Assembly (NCBI GenBank): GCA_008369845.1
Contig: MRSU01007136.1
Span: 1-35,607 of the forward strand
Direction of reading: 5' to 3'
DNA from: Trichomonas gallinae
Taxonomy: Eukaryota
Length of the DNA: 35,607 nt
How positions within the stretch are numbered: the stretch's first letter is position 1; each line of letters starts with the position of its first letter. A program made the translations under genes and the position numbers. Below the pieces are notes generated by a model. That model ran no database searches and was not told the origin of the DNA. It saw nothing but the letters and a program-made list of their open reading frames with translations. Below, piece after piece: positions 21,488 through 31,669 of this stretch.

Positions 21488-21727
21488 TTAAAAATGAATT
21501 TTAAATATTAAACGCTTTTCTGATTTTTGTTTAATGGCTTTGTATAGATTATAGAATTTTTCGTGTTCTTCTACATTGTTTTTAAGAAATTCAGGTGGTT
21601 TTTCTAGAACTTGAATCATTAAGTGTAAAAGAATTGTTTGGTTAAGTTGATCTATATCTTTATCTACTGCCGACTCTATTTTGTCAATCTCTTTGCTTGC
21701 TTCCAATGAAGTATTCATCAAAGACAT
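21488..21727 (-). CDS. Small hypothetical helical protein (79 aa)
   Basis: The track starts at TTG 21748; the first ATG is 21727, preceded by a TGTCATATT initiator-like site. Divergent from the histidine kinase. Confidence 0.55.
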   Translation of the reverse strand: MSLMNTSLEASKEIDKIESAVDKDIDQLNQTILLHLMIQVLEKPPEFLKNNVEEHEKFYNLYKAIKQKSEKRLIFKIHF

Positions 21728-21758
21728 AACACTAAAATAATATGACAAATTACATCAA

Positions 21759-22149
21759 TTTACATGACAATTTTATTGCAAAAAATTTATTGTCATATTT
21801 TTTCTCAAAAAATAAACTTTACAAGGCAAATAAATATTTACATGCCAGTTTATTGATTTTACACGACATAGCGAGATATTTACATGACATATTTAAATCT
21901 TTACATATCATATTTTTTAAAAAGATTTTACTTGTCATGTTCTTTTCAAACGATTGGTTTTATTTGTCAAATGCTAATATTATTAGTCAAAATGACTATT
22001 TACACGACAAATATCCGTTTACATGCCAATTCATAGATTTTACACGACATAATTGATTATTTACGCGACAAATATCTATTTATTTGCCAATTCATAATTT
22101 TTACATGACATATTTGAATATTTACGTGACAAAAAAGCTTTACATGACA
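21759..22149 (+). repeat. Array of ~17 phased TTTACAYGACA-like boxes
   Basis: Starts at 21759, 21818, 21837, 21858, 21879, 21900, 21927, 21959, 21979, 21999, 22018, 22039, 22060, 22079, 22100, 22121, 22139. Modal spacing 19-21 bp; several copies are degenerate. Confidence 0.9.
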
Positions 22150-22179
22150 TATGAAATATTTGTTTATTCCTGATAAAGA

Positions 22180-25100
22180 ATGTTCTTATTTATGTTTACT
22201 AGGCTCATCGCTGGGCTAAGCGTTTATTGCATAGGAAATAAGCCTGTGTCATTGAACGGCCATAATGTGACAGTTCATGAGGCCCAGCACATTGAAAATG
22301 CGCCTGGTAAAATATTCTTCGTTGAGGAATCGAGGCTTTTAGATGAAATGGATCACAACATCAACGAACATTGCTTATATGAAGAACAAATACCATTGAA
22401 ATATTTCGTTTTTTCAAATAATAGAGCAAATTCAAGAAATACATTCCGAGTAGATATCAAAAATCCTCAAGATAATCAACTTATCACGCGACAGTTCTTT
22501 TTACATGGATACGAGTCAACAAATAACGATCCTTTTTATATCGTAACTGAAAGCGAAAGATATAATATTAATACTATAAATTTTACACGCGATAATCTCG
22601 TATTTCTTGAAAATATTACTCAAGTTTATCACGTATTTGGTGATTTAAACAATGAGGTTTTAAGAGAAATTTGTCCGAAAGTCTTAATTGTTTCGAATCA
22701 ATTTTATTTAATTCCAAATTACATCTTCGCTACGTTATTTATAATTGCAGTCTTCTATATTCACAGATATGTCTACGACCGTGAAAAAGTTAAGCATATC
22801 TGGGTTTTTAATAAAAAACATGAAGCAATCTTTGGCAGACCAGTTGCAAAACTTAACCCAGAAATTCAGGAGATAGTTACAGATGTTGTACAAAAGACAG
22901 AAAAGTCACAAAGCCGCGTGAATTTCATCAAGAAAATTAAACGTCGCGAACAGACATTTATTATTATACGAATTGAAGCGAGAGTTCTTACAAATGGATT
23001 TATACTCGTCTACATGTGGGAAGAACTGATTCCACCGAATGATGAAGTTAAATTCTCTTGCGAACTTAAATCCGAGTCTCATTTCTGCATACAACCACCA
23101 CAAATATCATTTTCATCATTCAGAGATGTCAATCCTTATCATATCAACTTCACATTGAATAATAATACGAAATGCCAGATTGACCTTTCTGCTTCTGTTT
23201 TTGCGCCTTTCCAGCCATATGGAAAGCTTGTTTCAATGTCTGTCATTGCTTTTAACGATCTCAGATTGATGATTAACCAAAATCCGTTCAATGAATCAAA
23301 TTTCCATCGAATTTCTCTAAATTGCAGCCGCATTATTGGCGCTTTCCACACATTCTTCTTTGACGACAACGATAATCTCATTTTCCAGTATACAATGCCA
23401 GGACAAAAGAAATACTCACTCGAAGAGCTCAAACAGATACCGAAACGCGTCCCAAAGGACTTTACATCAGGTATACAGGCAGATTTTCTCGCTCCTGGCA
23501 CTCAATGCTTTATTTCGAGAATTTCAAGCACAGCGATCAACGTTTTGGCTGTAATTGATATAGGAGACTTCGAAGATGACGGAATTTTTGCAAGTTTCGG
23601 CTTCTCGTATTTCTGTTTATGCTGTCTTTTCTCTTATCAATTATCTGTTTCGAAAGAAATGCAACAACAATATGATAGGGCCAGCGATTTGCTATCTATG
23701 GCCAAGGACTTTACAGTCATGGAGTTCGAAAACCAGAATATCGCTTATTCGCGTGCAACAAATCAAACGATCAATTCTTCAAGGTCACAGCTCGTTAAAG
23801 CTGAGAGTTTGGTGACCGAACTCACAAGAGATAAAGTAATTATCAACGAAACTAAGGAACTAATGATGGCAATGAAAGATGGAGATTCAATCTCGCAGCA
23901 CGTTGCTTTTACTGACGATCATTCGAATGCTTATATGATGAGCGCTGTTAGATTCACGGAAAATGGCAATGTTGTCACTGTTATGAATTCAGAATTAGTT
24001 ACAGACATAATTAATCACGAAGGAGTCTTAATGACAGCTGTTAGAAACGCAGAAGAGATGTATGATGAGTTCAACGTCCACCAATTCAAGATTCAAGGAG
24101 ATAAATTTATTTTGACCGATAATTCTTTAGAAGCCGAGATTTCCAAGTTCGGATTACCATCAGATTACGTCCACTCAGACTCCCTGTCCGATTTAGTCAT
24201 TCCATCTGATCAATCTGTTCTTTTAAGCCTTTTGGAAGGAAAAAGCGGCTTGCCGATAAGAATCAAGTGCTTGCAATTCGGTTATATATGGTTCCTGATA
24301 TATTGCAACTCAACAGAAGGCTTCATGTTCAATGTTAATAAATATATTTATCCAAAGTGCAGATTGGAGCAAGTTAAATGCGACTGCGAACCACCAATAT
24401 ACTTCTGGAGACTGGAAGAAGCAACAGATAAAGTCATTCCTGTTAATTATAGGCCAACAATTTGGGATGTTATTGGTGTTGACGGTAGCGACAAGAAATT
24501 CATGGATATAGTTGAGTATCTTCATCCATCGATGAAAGGAATCCTAGAGAACTTCTACGAAACAGCGAAAATCAAATTCGAAAATGAAGTTTTACTGAAG
24601 AAAGGCGAAGACTATGAATGGTATCAATTAATAGCTGCAGCCAAAGATGATGGCATCTACTGCACATTGTCTCCTATGCAGAGATTAAGAGAACTCAACA
24701 CCGCATTGAATGAAACACAAAAACTTCACGACATTTTGTTGTTGGGCGGAAAAGTTGCTTTGTGGAGGTTCTCCGATGACAGGAATCCACTTCCGCCGAT
24801 CAGATCTATTACTCCAAGGCATTCGAAGATGCTCAGGATGAACTGGTCGACAGTTGACGAACAAGTACACGAAGAATACAAAGAACAGTTCGCCAAAAAA
24901 CTCAGGGCAGCAATTGACGACAGCGGATGGATTGAATCTGATTTACCAATCATATCCGACGGCGTTGAAACATGGGTGTCAGTCCGCGGGCAAGGCGACT
25001 GCTTCGCGCGCCGCATCATAGGTGTTTTGATCGACATAACAGACAACAGAAGCGCGTTCATGGAATTAGAAGAAAAAGGACAAGCTGCAGAAGCAGCGAA

Positions 25101-26577
25101 TCGCGAAAAGACTCAGTTCCTAGCAAACATGAGCCACGAGATTCGCACACCAATGAACGGCATCTTCGGCATGCTCGATGTCTTAGCTTACCAAGAATTA
25201 AACCAAGAGCAGAGATTATTGGTAGACTCAATCAGGTCGAGCTCTTTCCAATTGATGAGATTGCTCGATGATATGCTCAATTTATCAAAGATCGAACAAG
25301 GAGAGTTGGAGTCTACGCCTACAACAGTCAATCTCCTGAAGATAATCGAGCCAACAATGATCGCGAACTCATCGAGAGCGAGAATGTCTAAGATATCTTT
25401 CAGCATTTTGGTTTCTAAGAACTTCCCGACACTTGTTTACACGGACTCTCAGCTGATCATGCAGATCATCAACAACTTATTATCCAATGCTCTCAAGTTC
25501 ACCAAGAAGGGCGGCGTCACTTTAAGAATGAAGTGGGAGTCAACGCCTACATCTGACAACGAGTTCTTGATAGTCGAAGTTTCTGACACTGGTATAGGTA
25601 TCAGCGAAGAGCAGAAGAAAGTTATTTTCGAGCGATTCATGCAGGCCGAGACTTCTACTTCTAGGTACTACGGAGGAACTGGCCTAGGCTTGCCTTTAGT
25701 ACAAGAAATCGCAAGATTCCTCGGTGGAACAGTTGACGTTCAGTCGTCTCCTGGAGAAGGCTCTACTTTTATTGTACGAATCCCGATGCAATCATTAATG
25801 CTTCCGTTCTCTCCACCGTTTGCAGATAATATCCGTAAGAGAGTTTTGATGCTCATGGACTGTGTACAGCTGAGAGACTCTCTCACTGAGTGGCTCGAAA
25901 GCCATCACTACGATGTTGTTCACTTAGATAAGCCATCGGATATACAGACAGAGACAGCGAACCAGCAGCCTTTCCTGTTGTTCGTGGAAGGCAAATCGTT
26001 CGACTGGCAGGAAGTTTACAAAGTTATCAGTTCGCAAAAGAAGCCTTTCCCTGTCTGCTCTTTCTGCGATCCAGGCGAGAGCTCTTCATTCAAGTACGCA
26101 CTCGTTAAGCCCGTCATTCCGACACACGTCCTCCATTTATTGAACTCGCTCAGGTACAACAAGCATGATATTGTCAACACAAACTTAATCGTCGGCAGAG
26201 AGGAATCAAGCAGAAAGATTTTAGTCGTCGAAGACAACAAACAGAACCAGTTCGTTATGCAGAAGATCTTAGAGAAACTCAATTGCGACTACGTGATTGC
26301 AAACAACGGACAGGAAGCCATACAACAACTGGGCCAGGACAACTTCGACTTGGTGTTCATGGACTGCCAGATGCCTGTCCTCAACGGCATCGACGCAACA
26401 AAGATCATCAGAAGGTCCGGCAAGCATTATTCAACAGTTGCAATTGTCGCGTTGACAGCCAGCGCCGTAGAAGGAGATGAACTGACATGCAGAGAGGCAG
26501 GCATGGACGGATATCTCGCAAAGCCTGTTAGAATGCAACAAATCGTTGATATATTGAAGAAATTCCCACCACATTAA
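22180..26577 (+). CDS. Membrane-anchored hybrid sensor histidine kinase (HisKA-HATPase-pseudoREC-REC)
   Basis: H-box FLANMSHEIRTPMNGI (His codon 25135), N-box NNLLSNALKFT, G1 DTGIG, F box, G2 GGTGLGL; receiver VEDN...FMDCQMP...ALTA...AKP. N-terminal signal-like sequence and a TM at ~aa 176-195. Confidence 0.95.
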   Translation: MFLFMFTRLIAGLSVYCIGNKPVSLNGHNVTVHEAQHIENAPGKIFFVEESRLLDEMDHNINEHCLYEEQIPLKYFVFSNNRANSRNTFRVDIKNPQDNQLITRQFFLHGYESTNNDPFYIVTESERYNINTINFTRDNLVFLENITQVYHVFGDLNNEVLREICPKVLIVSNQFYLIPNYIFATLFIIAVFYIHRYVYDREKVKHIWVFNKKHEAIFGRPVAKLNPEIQEIVTDVVQKTEKSQSRVNFIKKIKRREQTFIIIRIEARVLTNGFILVYMWEELIPPNDEVKFSCELKSESHFCIQPPQISFSSFRDVNPYHINFTLNNNTKCQIDLSASVFAPFQPYGKLVSMSVIAFNDLRLMINQNPFNESNFHRISLNCSRIIGAFHTFFFDDNDNLIFQYTMPGQKKYSLEELKQIPKRVPKDFTSGIQADFLAPGTQCFISRISSTAINVLAVIDIGDFEDDGIFASFGFSYFCLCCLFSYQLSVSKEMQQQYDRASDLLSMAKDFTVMEFENQNIAYSRATNQTINSSRSQLVKAESLVTELTRDKVIINETKELMMAMKDGDSISQHVAFTDDHSNAYMMSAVRFTENGNVVTVMNSELVTDIINHEGVLMTAVRNAEEMYDEFNVHQFKIQGDKFILTDNSLEAEISKFGLPSDYVHSDSLSDLVIPSDQSVLLSLLEGKSGLPIRIKCLQFGYIWFLIYCNSTEGFMFNVNKYIYPKCRLEQVKCDCEPPIYFWRLEEATDKVIPVNYRPTIWDVIGVDGSDKKFMDIVEYLHPSMKGILENFYETAKIKFENEVLLKKGEDYEWYQLIAAAKDDGIYCTLSPMQRLRELNTALNETQKLHDILLLGGKVALWRFSDDRNPLPPIRSITPRHSKMLRMNWSTVDEQVHEEYKEQFAKKLRAAIDDSGWIESDLPIISDGVETWVSVRGQGDCFARRIIGVLIDITDNRSAFMELEEKGQAAEAANREKTQFLANMSHEIRTPMNGIFGMLDVLAYQELNQEQRLLVDSIRSSSFQLMRLLDDMLNLSKIEQGELESTPTTVNLLKIIEPTMIANSSRARMSKISFSILVSKNFPTLVYTDSQLIMQIINNLLSNALKFTKKGGVTLRMKWESTPTSDNEFLIVEVSDTGIGISEEQKKVIFERFMQAETSTSRYYGGTGLGLPLVQEIARFLGGTVDVQSSPGEGSTFIVRIPMQSLMLPFSPPFADNIRKRVLMLMDCVQLRDSLTEWLESHHYDVVHLDKPSDIQTETANQQPFLLFVEGKSFDWQEVYKVISSQKKPFPVCSFCDPGESSSFKYALVKPVIPTHVLHLLNSLRYNKHDIVNTNLIVGREESSRKILVVEDNKQNQFVMQKILEKLNCDYVIANNGQEAIQQLGQDNFDLVFMDCQMPVLNGIDATKIIRRSGKHYSTVAIVALTASAVEGDELTCREAGMDGYLAKPVRMQQIVDILKKFPPH

Positions 26578-27139
26578 TTTTATTTTTTTTTTTGTTTTTT
26601 TGTTATATATGTTTTTATATTTTAATGGATTATTCTTTTATCATTGACTAAAGCTATGATATAGTAAGCTTCATTTTTAACACAAACCAAATTTCAAATT
26701 TAAAGCATTAGTTTAAGAAATATTGATGAAGTTATAGTTTTCATGTCACTAGCTATGATTAAAATGCTGATTTAATAAAAACTAGAAATCTTCAAAAAAT
26801 AAAATTATGAACAAAATAAATCTAATTGTATTATGACTATTTCTGCATATATATATATTCTTATTGCAAATATGGACAACATATACGTGTGTTGTGACAT
26901 TGATATCATTTAGAACTCGAGAAAAATTCATTTCATTTATTGGAATAATGATGATTCATGGAAGTATTAAATTGATTCCAGAGTACAATGTAGTAGTATT
27001 CACGCAATATATATAGGGTATCATTTGTTTATATGTAGATGCTGAATCATATTATCAGTAAACTGAGTGTTATAAGTCTTTTGAATAAAAAAAAAATATG
27101 AAAGATGTTGATGAAAAAAAGCCACTTTTTAAAATTTTA

Positions 27140-27847
27140 ATGATTTGTGACGAATTGGTCAAAGATTATGTCACAGCTTTATACAAAGCTTTCGCAGAAA
27201 ACCCAGAGTCAGCCAACCAGTTCTATACGGATGGCGCTGTCCTTGAAATCAAGTTTGATTCAAATTCGATTAAAGTTTCTGAAAAATATCACGAAAATCT
27301 TATAAAAGGCGAATATACAGTAATGAGAGCTGATGGTGTTCAGACTAACAATGAAATTTCAGGCCACGCAACTGGTTATGTAAAAATTGATGAAAAGTTT
27401 TACCAATCAAACGAAATGTTTGTTCTTACATCTGAGGCTCAGCCGAAAATCATATATCAGTCCTCATTTTTTGCTCCTGTCCAAGATCCAGAATGGAAGC
27501 CGGTTGAAATTCCAAAGCCAGAGCCAAAACCAGAGCCTAAACCGGAGCCAAAGCCAGAACCAAAGGTAGAACCAGCATCAGAAGTTACAGATTCTTCACA
27601 GCTATTTTATTCAAGATCAATTTTAGCGCAAAACGTTCCATTCGGCAAGGAAGAAGCACTTGTACGTGAGAAATTTGAAAAAGATTATCGCATTTCGAAG
27701 TTCTGCAAAGCTCGTGGACAAGTTTTAGTTGAATTCGTCAATCCAACAGATTCTACAGACTTCTTACATCGCCGTAGTAATTTCAACTGGTCTGGAAGGA
27801 ACATTAAAGTCAAAGGAATGCCACAAGGATTTGCTTTCAAGAATTGA
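27140..27847 (+). CDS. NTF2-like + RRM protein (G3BP/Bre5-like)
   Basis: LVKDYVTALYKAFAENPESANQFY resembles the NTF2-like N-terminus; PEPK linker; RRM-like SILAQNVP...GQVLVEF...IKVK. ATG 27140 after CCACTTTT is preferred; the in-frame ATG at 27098 is possible. Confidence 0.7.
   Translation: MICDELVKDYVTALYKAFAENPESANQFYTDGAVLEIKFDSNSIKVSEKYHENLIKGEYTVMRADGVQTNNEISGHATGYVKIDEKFYQSNEMFVLTSEAQPKIIYQSSFFAPVQDPEWKPVEIPKPEPKPEPKPEPKPEPKVEPASEVTDSSQLFYSRSILAQNVPFGKEEALVREKFEKDYRISKFCKARGQVLVEFVNPTDSTDFLHRRSNFNWSGRNIKVKGMPQGFAFKN
27512..27566 (+). repeat. 12-bp coding repeat (PKPE)n
   Basis: CCAAAGCCAGAG-type units, about 4.5 copies with synonymous variation. Confidence 0.85.
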
Positions 27848-28089
27848 AAAATATCTCCTGTTAGAGCAGAATTTGTAATATATTATACTATGTCATGCAT
27901 ATATAAATATCATGATTTATTCAATAAAACATCAATGTTTTTATTATAAAAAGCACAATATTTATGATTGTTGTATTTTTTAAAAAAGCATTATCATTTT
28001 ATGGAAATATGTTTTAAAAATATTTAATTATCTTATGGAAAAAAATTTTAAGCATTATCATTTTAAAAAAATTCATTTTTAGCTTTATC

Positions 28090-28500
28090 ATGTAGATATT
28101 CAAGATCATTTTAGACATACATCAATGCTTCATATCAGTAACATCAGTTTTATTATTTTAAAGACTCTCATCATATTCCAAAAGTCACAAATCAAGATGT
28201 AGTTTATGCTGACGAATTTAAAAAAAAATCATTAACAGAAAAGATTTATTTTTGGAAATATACAGTAGTATTTCAGGAACATTTTAAACATATATCAATG
28301 CTTCATAAAGTCTGACATCAGTTGTATTATTAAAATAGCGCTCATCATATTCCAAAAGTCTCAAATCTAAAGGATGTTTATTCAGACAAAAAAAAAATCA
28401 GATACAAAAAAGATTCATTTTGTGATCTATCCAGTAGTATTTCAGGATGATTTTAGATATATATCAATGCTTCTTAATGTGTGTCATCATTTTTACTATT
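28090..28500. repeat. Diverged ~170-bp tandem repeat, ~2.4 copies
   Basis: ATCAATGCTTC at 28121, 28294, 28463; CTCATCATATTCCAAAAGTC twice; CAGTAGTATTTCAGGA twice. Confidence 0.85.
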
Positions 28501-28572
28501 TTAATTCAACCCATTATTATCAAGAAAAAGTCATAAATCGCGAGGAAGTTCATTCTGACAAATTAAAAAAAA

Positions 28573-31275
28573 ATGGATGAATGGATTAAATTGTTTTCTG
28601 GAATTTCAAGCGAAAACCCAGAAATTCAGCAGCAAAGTTGTTCGCAGCTTGAGTCAATGATGTCGGAAATGAACGAGTCGATGCTGAATGCGACAACAAC
28701 AGTTTTGATGGATTCTCAAGTCCCTTATAACGTCAGACACGCTGCAGGAATCATCTTAGGAAGAACATTTAATGTGTATGGTAAATCATCTTTTAAAGCA
28801 AACCACGATTGGTGGAAATCAGAATCAAATCAAGAAATAACAAATACAATTAAACAAACAATACTCGAAATTATAAAGCAAGATAGTAGCTTGCTTCAGA
28901 ACGATTGTTTATTCATTCTGGCGCTCGTTTTTCAGATGGAACAAATTTCATTTTTGCCAATCTTGAATAGTTTTTCACAATCAATCGAAACAATTCAACA
29001 TGTAACGATTTACATTAAATTGATGTCACATATTTTCAATTTACACTTCTATCAAACAACAATTTTTAAAATTGCAGATTTTAAGCAATGTGTTCTGCAT
29101 GTTGTAAGCGTTATTTGTTTTATACTGAAAGAATCAACCGCAAATTTAGATGATACTCAACTTAGAATTGATGCAGCGGACTTAATATTACAAATCATCA
29201 AAGTTGAACCAAAAACAATTGATTCCGAAGAAATCGTTTTGGCTATCTTACAAGCATTACCGAGCTCATTCCCAATTCCAAATATAGACCTTTTCAAGCG
29301 ACTTACGCAAATCTGTTCTGACATTGCAACAACTTTTTACGATCATTGCGAGCAATTCATCGATACAATATGGGAATACTCGAACAACGGCTTCTCGTGT
29401 GAAGGAGAAGACTATATTATCAGCTCACTAGAAATCTGGCTGGTTATTACGAAATACGAATTAAGCAAAACGAAAATTAATTTTAGAAACGACCAAAAAA
29501 TTCTTTTCGTTTCCCTTAGATACTTCGATCAATTGATTCCGATCCTTGTCAACTTTTTATCTCAAGGATTTTCCGATTGTCACTCACAAGTCTATTTCAC
29601 TGCCTTCAATGTATTGCAGTCGATGTTTAGTTTGTCTTTGTCGTTAAGTGGTAATAGGGCTGACTTATTCGACCAAAACATGAGAATTTTAATGGAAATA
29701 CACAACTCGATAAATGATAACATAGAACCAATAGACTTGTTCGTGGATGTACACATAATAGCAGCAATTGCTTGTCCGACTGACATAAACACCAGAATGA
29801 TAGCTCTCGGAAATTTCATCGTTGAAACTTTAATGTTTGCGAAGATTAATGATATATTTAAAACTCATCCAGAACCGCTTTTGAAGCAAGCGGCGGCCTG
29901 GGCATTATCAAGGATACTCACAAACATGGATATAAGGGGTGCGCAAAAAGATTTTAACATCGGAGAATATATGATTGAAGTACTTGAAGCTATTGAAAAC
30001 AATTTCGAAGATGTGACAGTGAGCGGTCGCAGTTATATGGCTGATCTATTCTATGCGCTGACAAAAGCATTTTCAACTGAACGCTCGCATTACGATCAGA
30101 TAAAAGACAAGTTCTTTGACTTGTACAGAAGATTTAACATAGAGTATGTGAATTCAAATGTTTCTTTGAATGCAGTCAATAAAATGTCAAACGCGATGAA
30201 TAATTTATTATTCCTGCTGACTCACGCAGTAAAATCAACAATGATGAAATTGGTTGAATTTTTAAACGAAGCTTTTCAGCAAACTGACGAAAAAGTTGTT
30301 TACGTACAGAAAAATTTGCTCCATAACATAAAAGTCAACTTACAACGCGCGCAATATAAAGACTTCAGATCTCAAAACGATGGTGTTGTTTATGCTGCGG
30401 AATGGATACCTGATGTGGATACTTTACTCAAGCACGGACTGACACAGCATGATGCGATAACATTCACAGATGCAATTGTTGCATACGCATTTTTCGTGTA
30501 TAAAACTAATTATCAGGATGAAGCAGTTGCTGAGATTTTCAAATTTATTTTTGATGGAATCAGCAGCAATGATGCGAATGTTATACAGCACTGTTCGATC
30601 GCAGTTTCTGTCTTATTTAACAACCTGAATGTTTACAGACTTCCGGCTGTTTATCCTTTTATAACGCAATGCCTTCAATGCTTCTATGATGCTCTGGGAA
30701 CAGTTAATCCTGATTTAGCGCATCCATCTATTTGCCACGCTATTCGCGCTGTTTCTGATATTATTCTTTCTATGTATAACTTAAATATGCGAGAACAGAA
30801 TCCAGATCTTGAGAGTATTTATCAGCAAGCACAAGGTATGTTCAATGAGATCATTTGCAATTTCTTGCCGGTAGAAATTATTAAGGGCGATAAAGACAAC
30901 GAAAGATACTTGCAGATACACGTTTCAACACTCTTCAACGCTATGGCTGTCTTTCTTGTAGTATATTTAAAGGATAAACGAACGGACCAGAAAAACTATA
31001 TCAGACACGTAGTTCATCCTTATGCCAAATCTCTCTCGGGGTTGGAAAAGTTATCTATGAATGCCATGGAAGAAGTTTATGCAGCAGTCAAAAAAATGAA
31101 CGATGCATTATTTAAAGAGTTTCGACCATATCTAGCTCACATACAGCTCTGTGCATTGTACAACAAAGCAGATGATTACTTTGGTATTCTAAAGAAAAAG
31201 GAGGAATTGTTTGCACTGCTTGGAATTCAGACTGAACAACCAGAAACAAATAGAAAAAATACAACACGTGACTAA
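28573..31275 (+). CDS. HEAT/ARM solenoid protein, importin-beta-like
   Basis: 900 aa. N-terminus S.NPEIQQQ..QLE...VRHAAGIIL...WW...IKQTILE fits IBN_N; SLEIW and QAAAWALSRI resemble importin-beta HEAT motifs. Confidence 0.7.
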   Translation: MDEWIKLFSGISSENPEIQQQSCSQLESMMSEMNESMLNATTTVLMDSQVPYNVRHAAGIILGRTFNVYGKSSFKANHDWWKSESNQEITNTIKQTILEIIKQDSSLLQNDCLFILALVFQMEQISFLPILNSFSQSIETIQHVTIYIKLMSHIFNLHFYQTTIFKIADFKQCVLHVVSVICFILKESTANLDDTQLRIDAADLILQIIKVEPKTIDSEEIVLAILQALPSSFPIPNIDLFKRLTQICSDIATTFYDHCEQFIDTIWEYSNNGFSCEGEDYIISSLEIWLVITKYELSKTKINFRNDQKILFVSLRYFDQLIPILVNFLSQGFSDCHSQVYFTAFNVLQSMFSLSLSLSGNRADLFDQNMRILMEIHNSINDNIEPIDLFVDVHIIAAIACPTDINTRMIALGNFIVETLMFAKINDIFKTHPEPLLKQAAAWALSRILTNMDIRGAQKDFNIGEYMIEVLEAIENNFEDVTVSGRSYMADLFYALTKAFSTERSHYDQIKDKFFDLYRRFNIEYVNSNVSLNAVNKMSNAMNNLLFLLTHAVKSTMMKLVEFLNEAFQQTDEKVVYVQKNLLHNIKVNLQRAQYKDFRSQNDGVVYAAEWIPDVDTLLKHGLTQHDAITFTDAIVAYAFFVYKTNYQDEAVAEIFKFIFDGISSNDANVIQHCSIAVSVLFNNLNVYRLPAVYPFITQCLQCFYDALGTVNPDLAHPSICHAIRAVSDIILSMYNLNMREQNPDLESIYQQAQGMFNEIICNFLPVEIIKGDKDNERYLQIHVSTLFNAMAVFLVVYLKDKRTDQKNYIRHVVHPYAKSLSGLEKLSMNAMEEVYAAVKKMNDALFKEFRPYLAHIQLCALYNKADDYFGILKKKEELFALLGIQTEQPETNRKNTTRD

Positions 31276-31669
31276 TAAAATGTATATTAAATAGTTTTTG
31301 TATATTACTTTCCACATAACCATGGTCTTTTTATTCTTACCCATGCAGAAATTATTAATTTTTTTAACCATATTGTTAGACAGCATTCATTTATGCTTAT
31401 AATAATAATCATTGATAATATAAGAATTTAACATTAACTATGCGAAAATATGCTTCTTTTCACAATAATATAAAGTTAATTTATTATTCTTGGAGTAAAT
31501 ATAAAAATTTTGCAAAAAAATGATTGAGTTTTGGTTATTAACATTTTGGTGAGCTTTGACATGATGCATTGCATGCGAATCAATTAGAATGATTACGATC
31601 ATTTGACATGTAAAATTAATCTGACATGTAAATCATGTATCGAGATTAAGTGAAAAGTGTCACCAAAAA

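Noticed and set aside
21742..22056. 104-aa ORF with recurring LHD
   Set aside because: It is the translation of the TTTACAYGAC array (TTA CAY GAC); the boxes occur in different frames and continue beyond the ORF.
21759..22149. CRISPR array
   Set aside because: Repeats are 11 bp and degenerate, spacers ~8-10 bp, no cas genes, eukaryotic context.
22180..26577. Bacterial contamination suggested by a two-component kinase
   Set aside because: Embedded among clearly eukaryotic genes (Rab, Myb, importin-like), with the same promoter motifs and no operon structure.
28374..28580. 68-aa ORF abutting the importin-like gene
   Set aside because: Lies within the ~170-bp non-coding repeat and the promoter.
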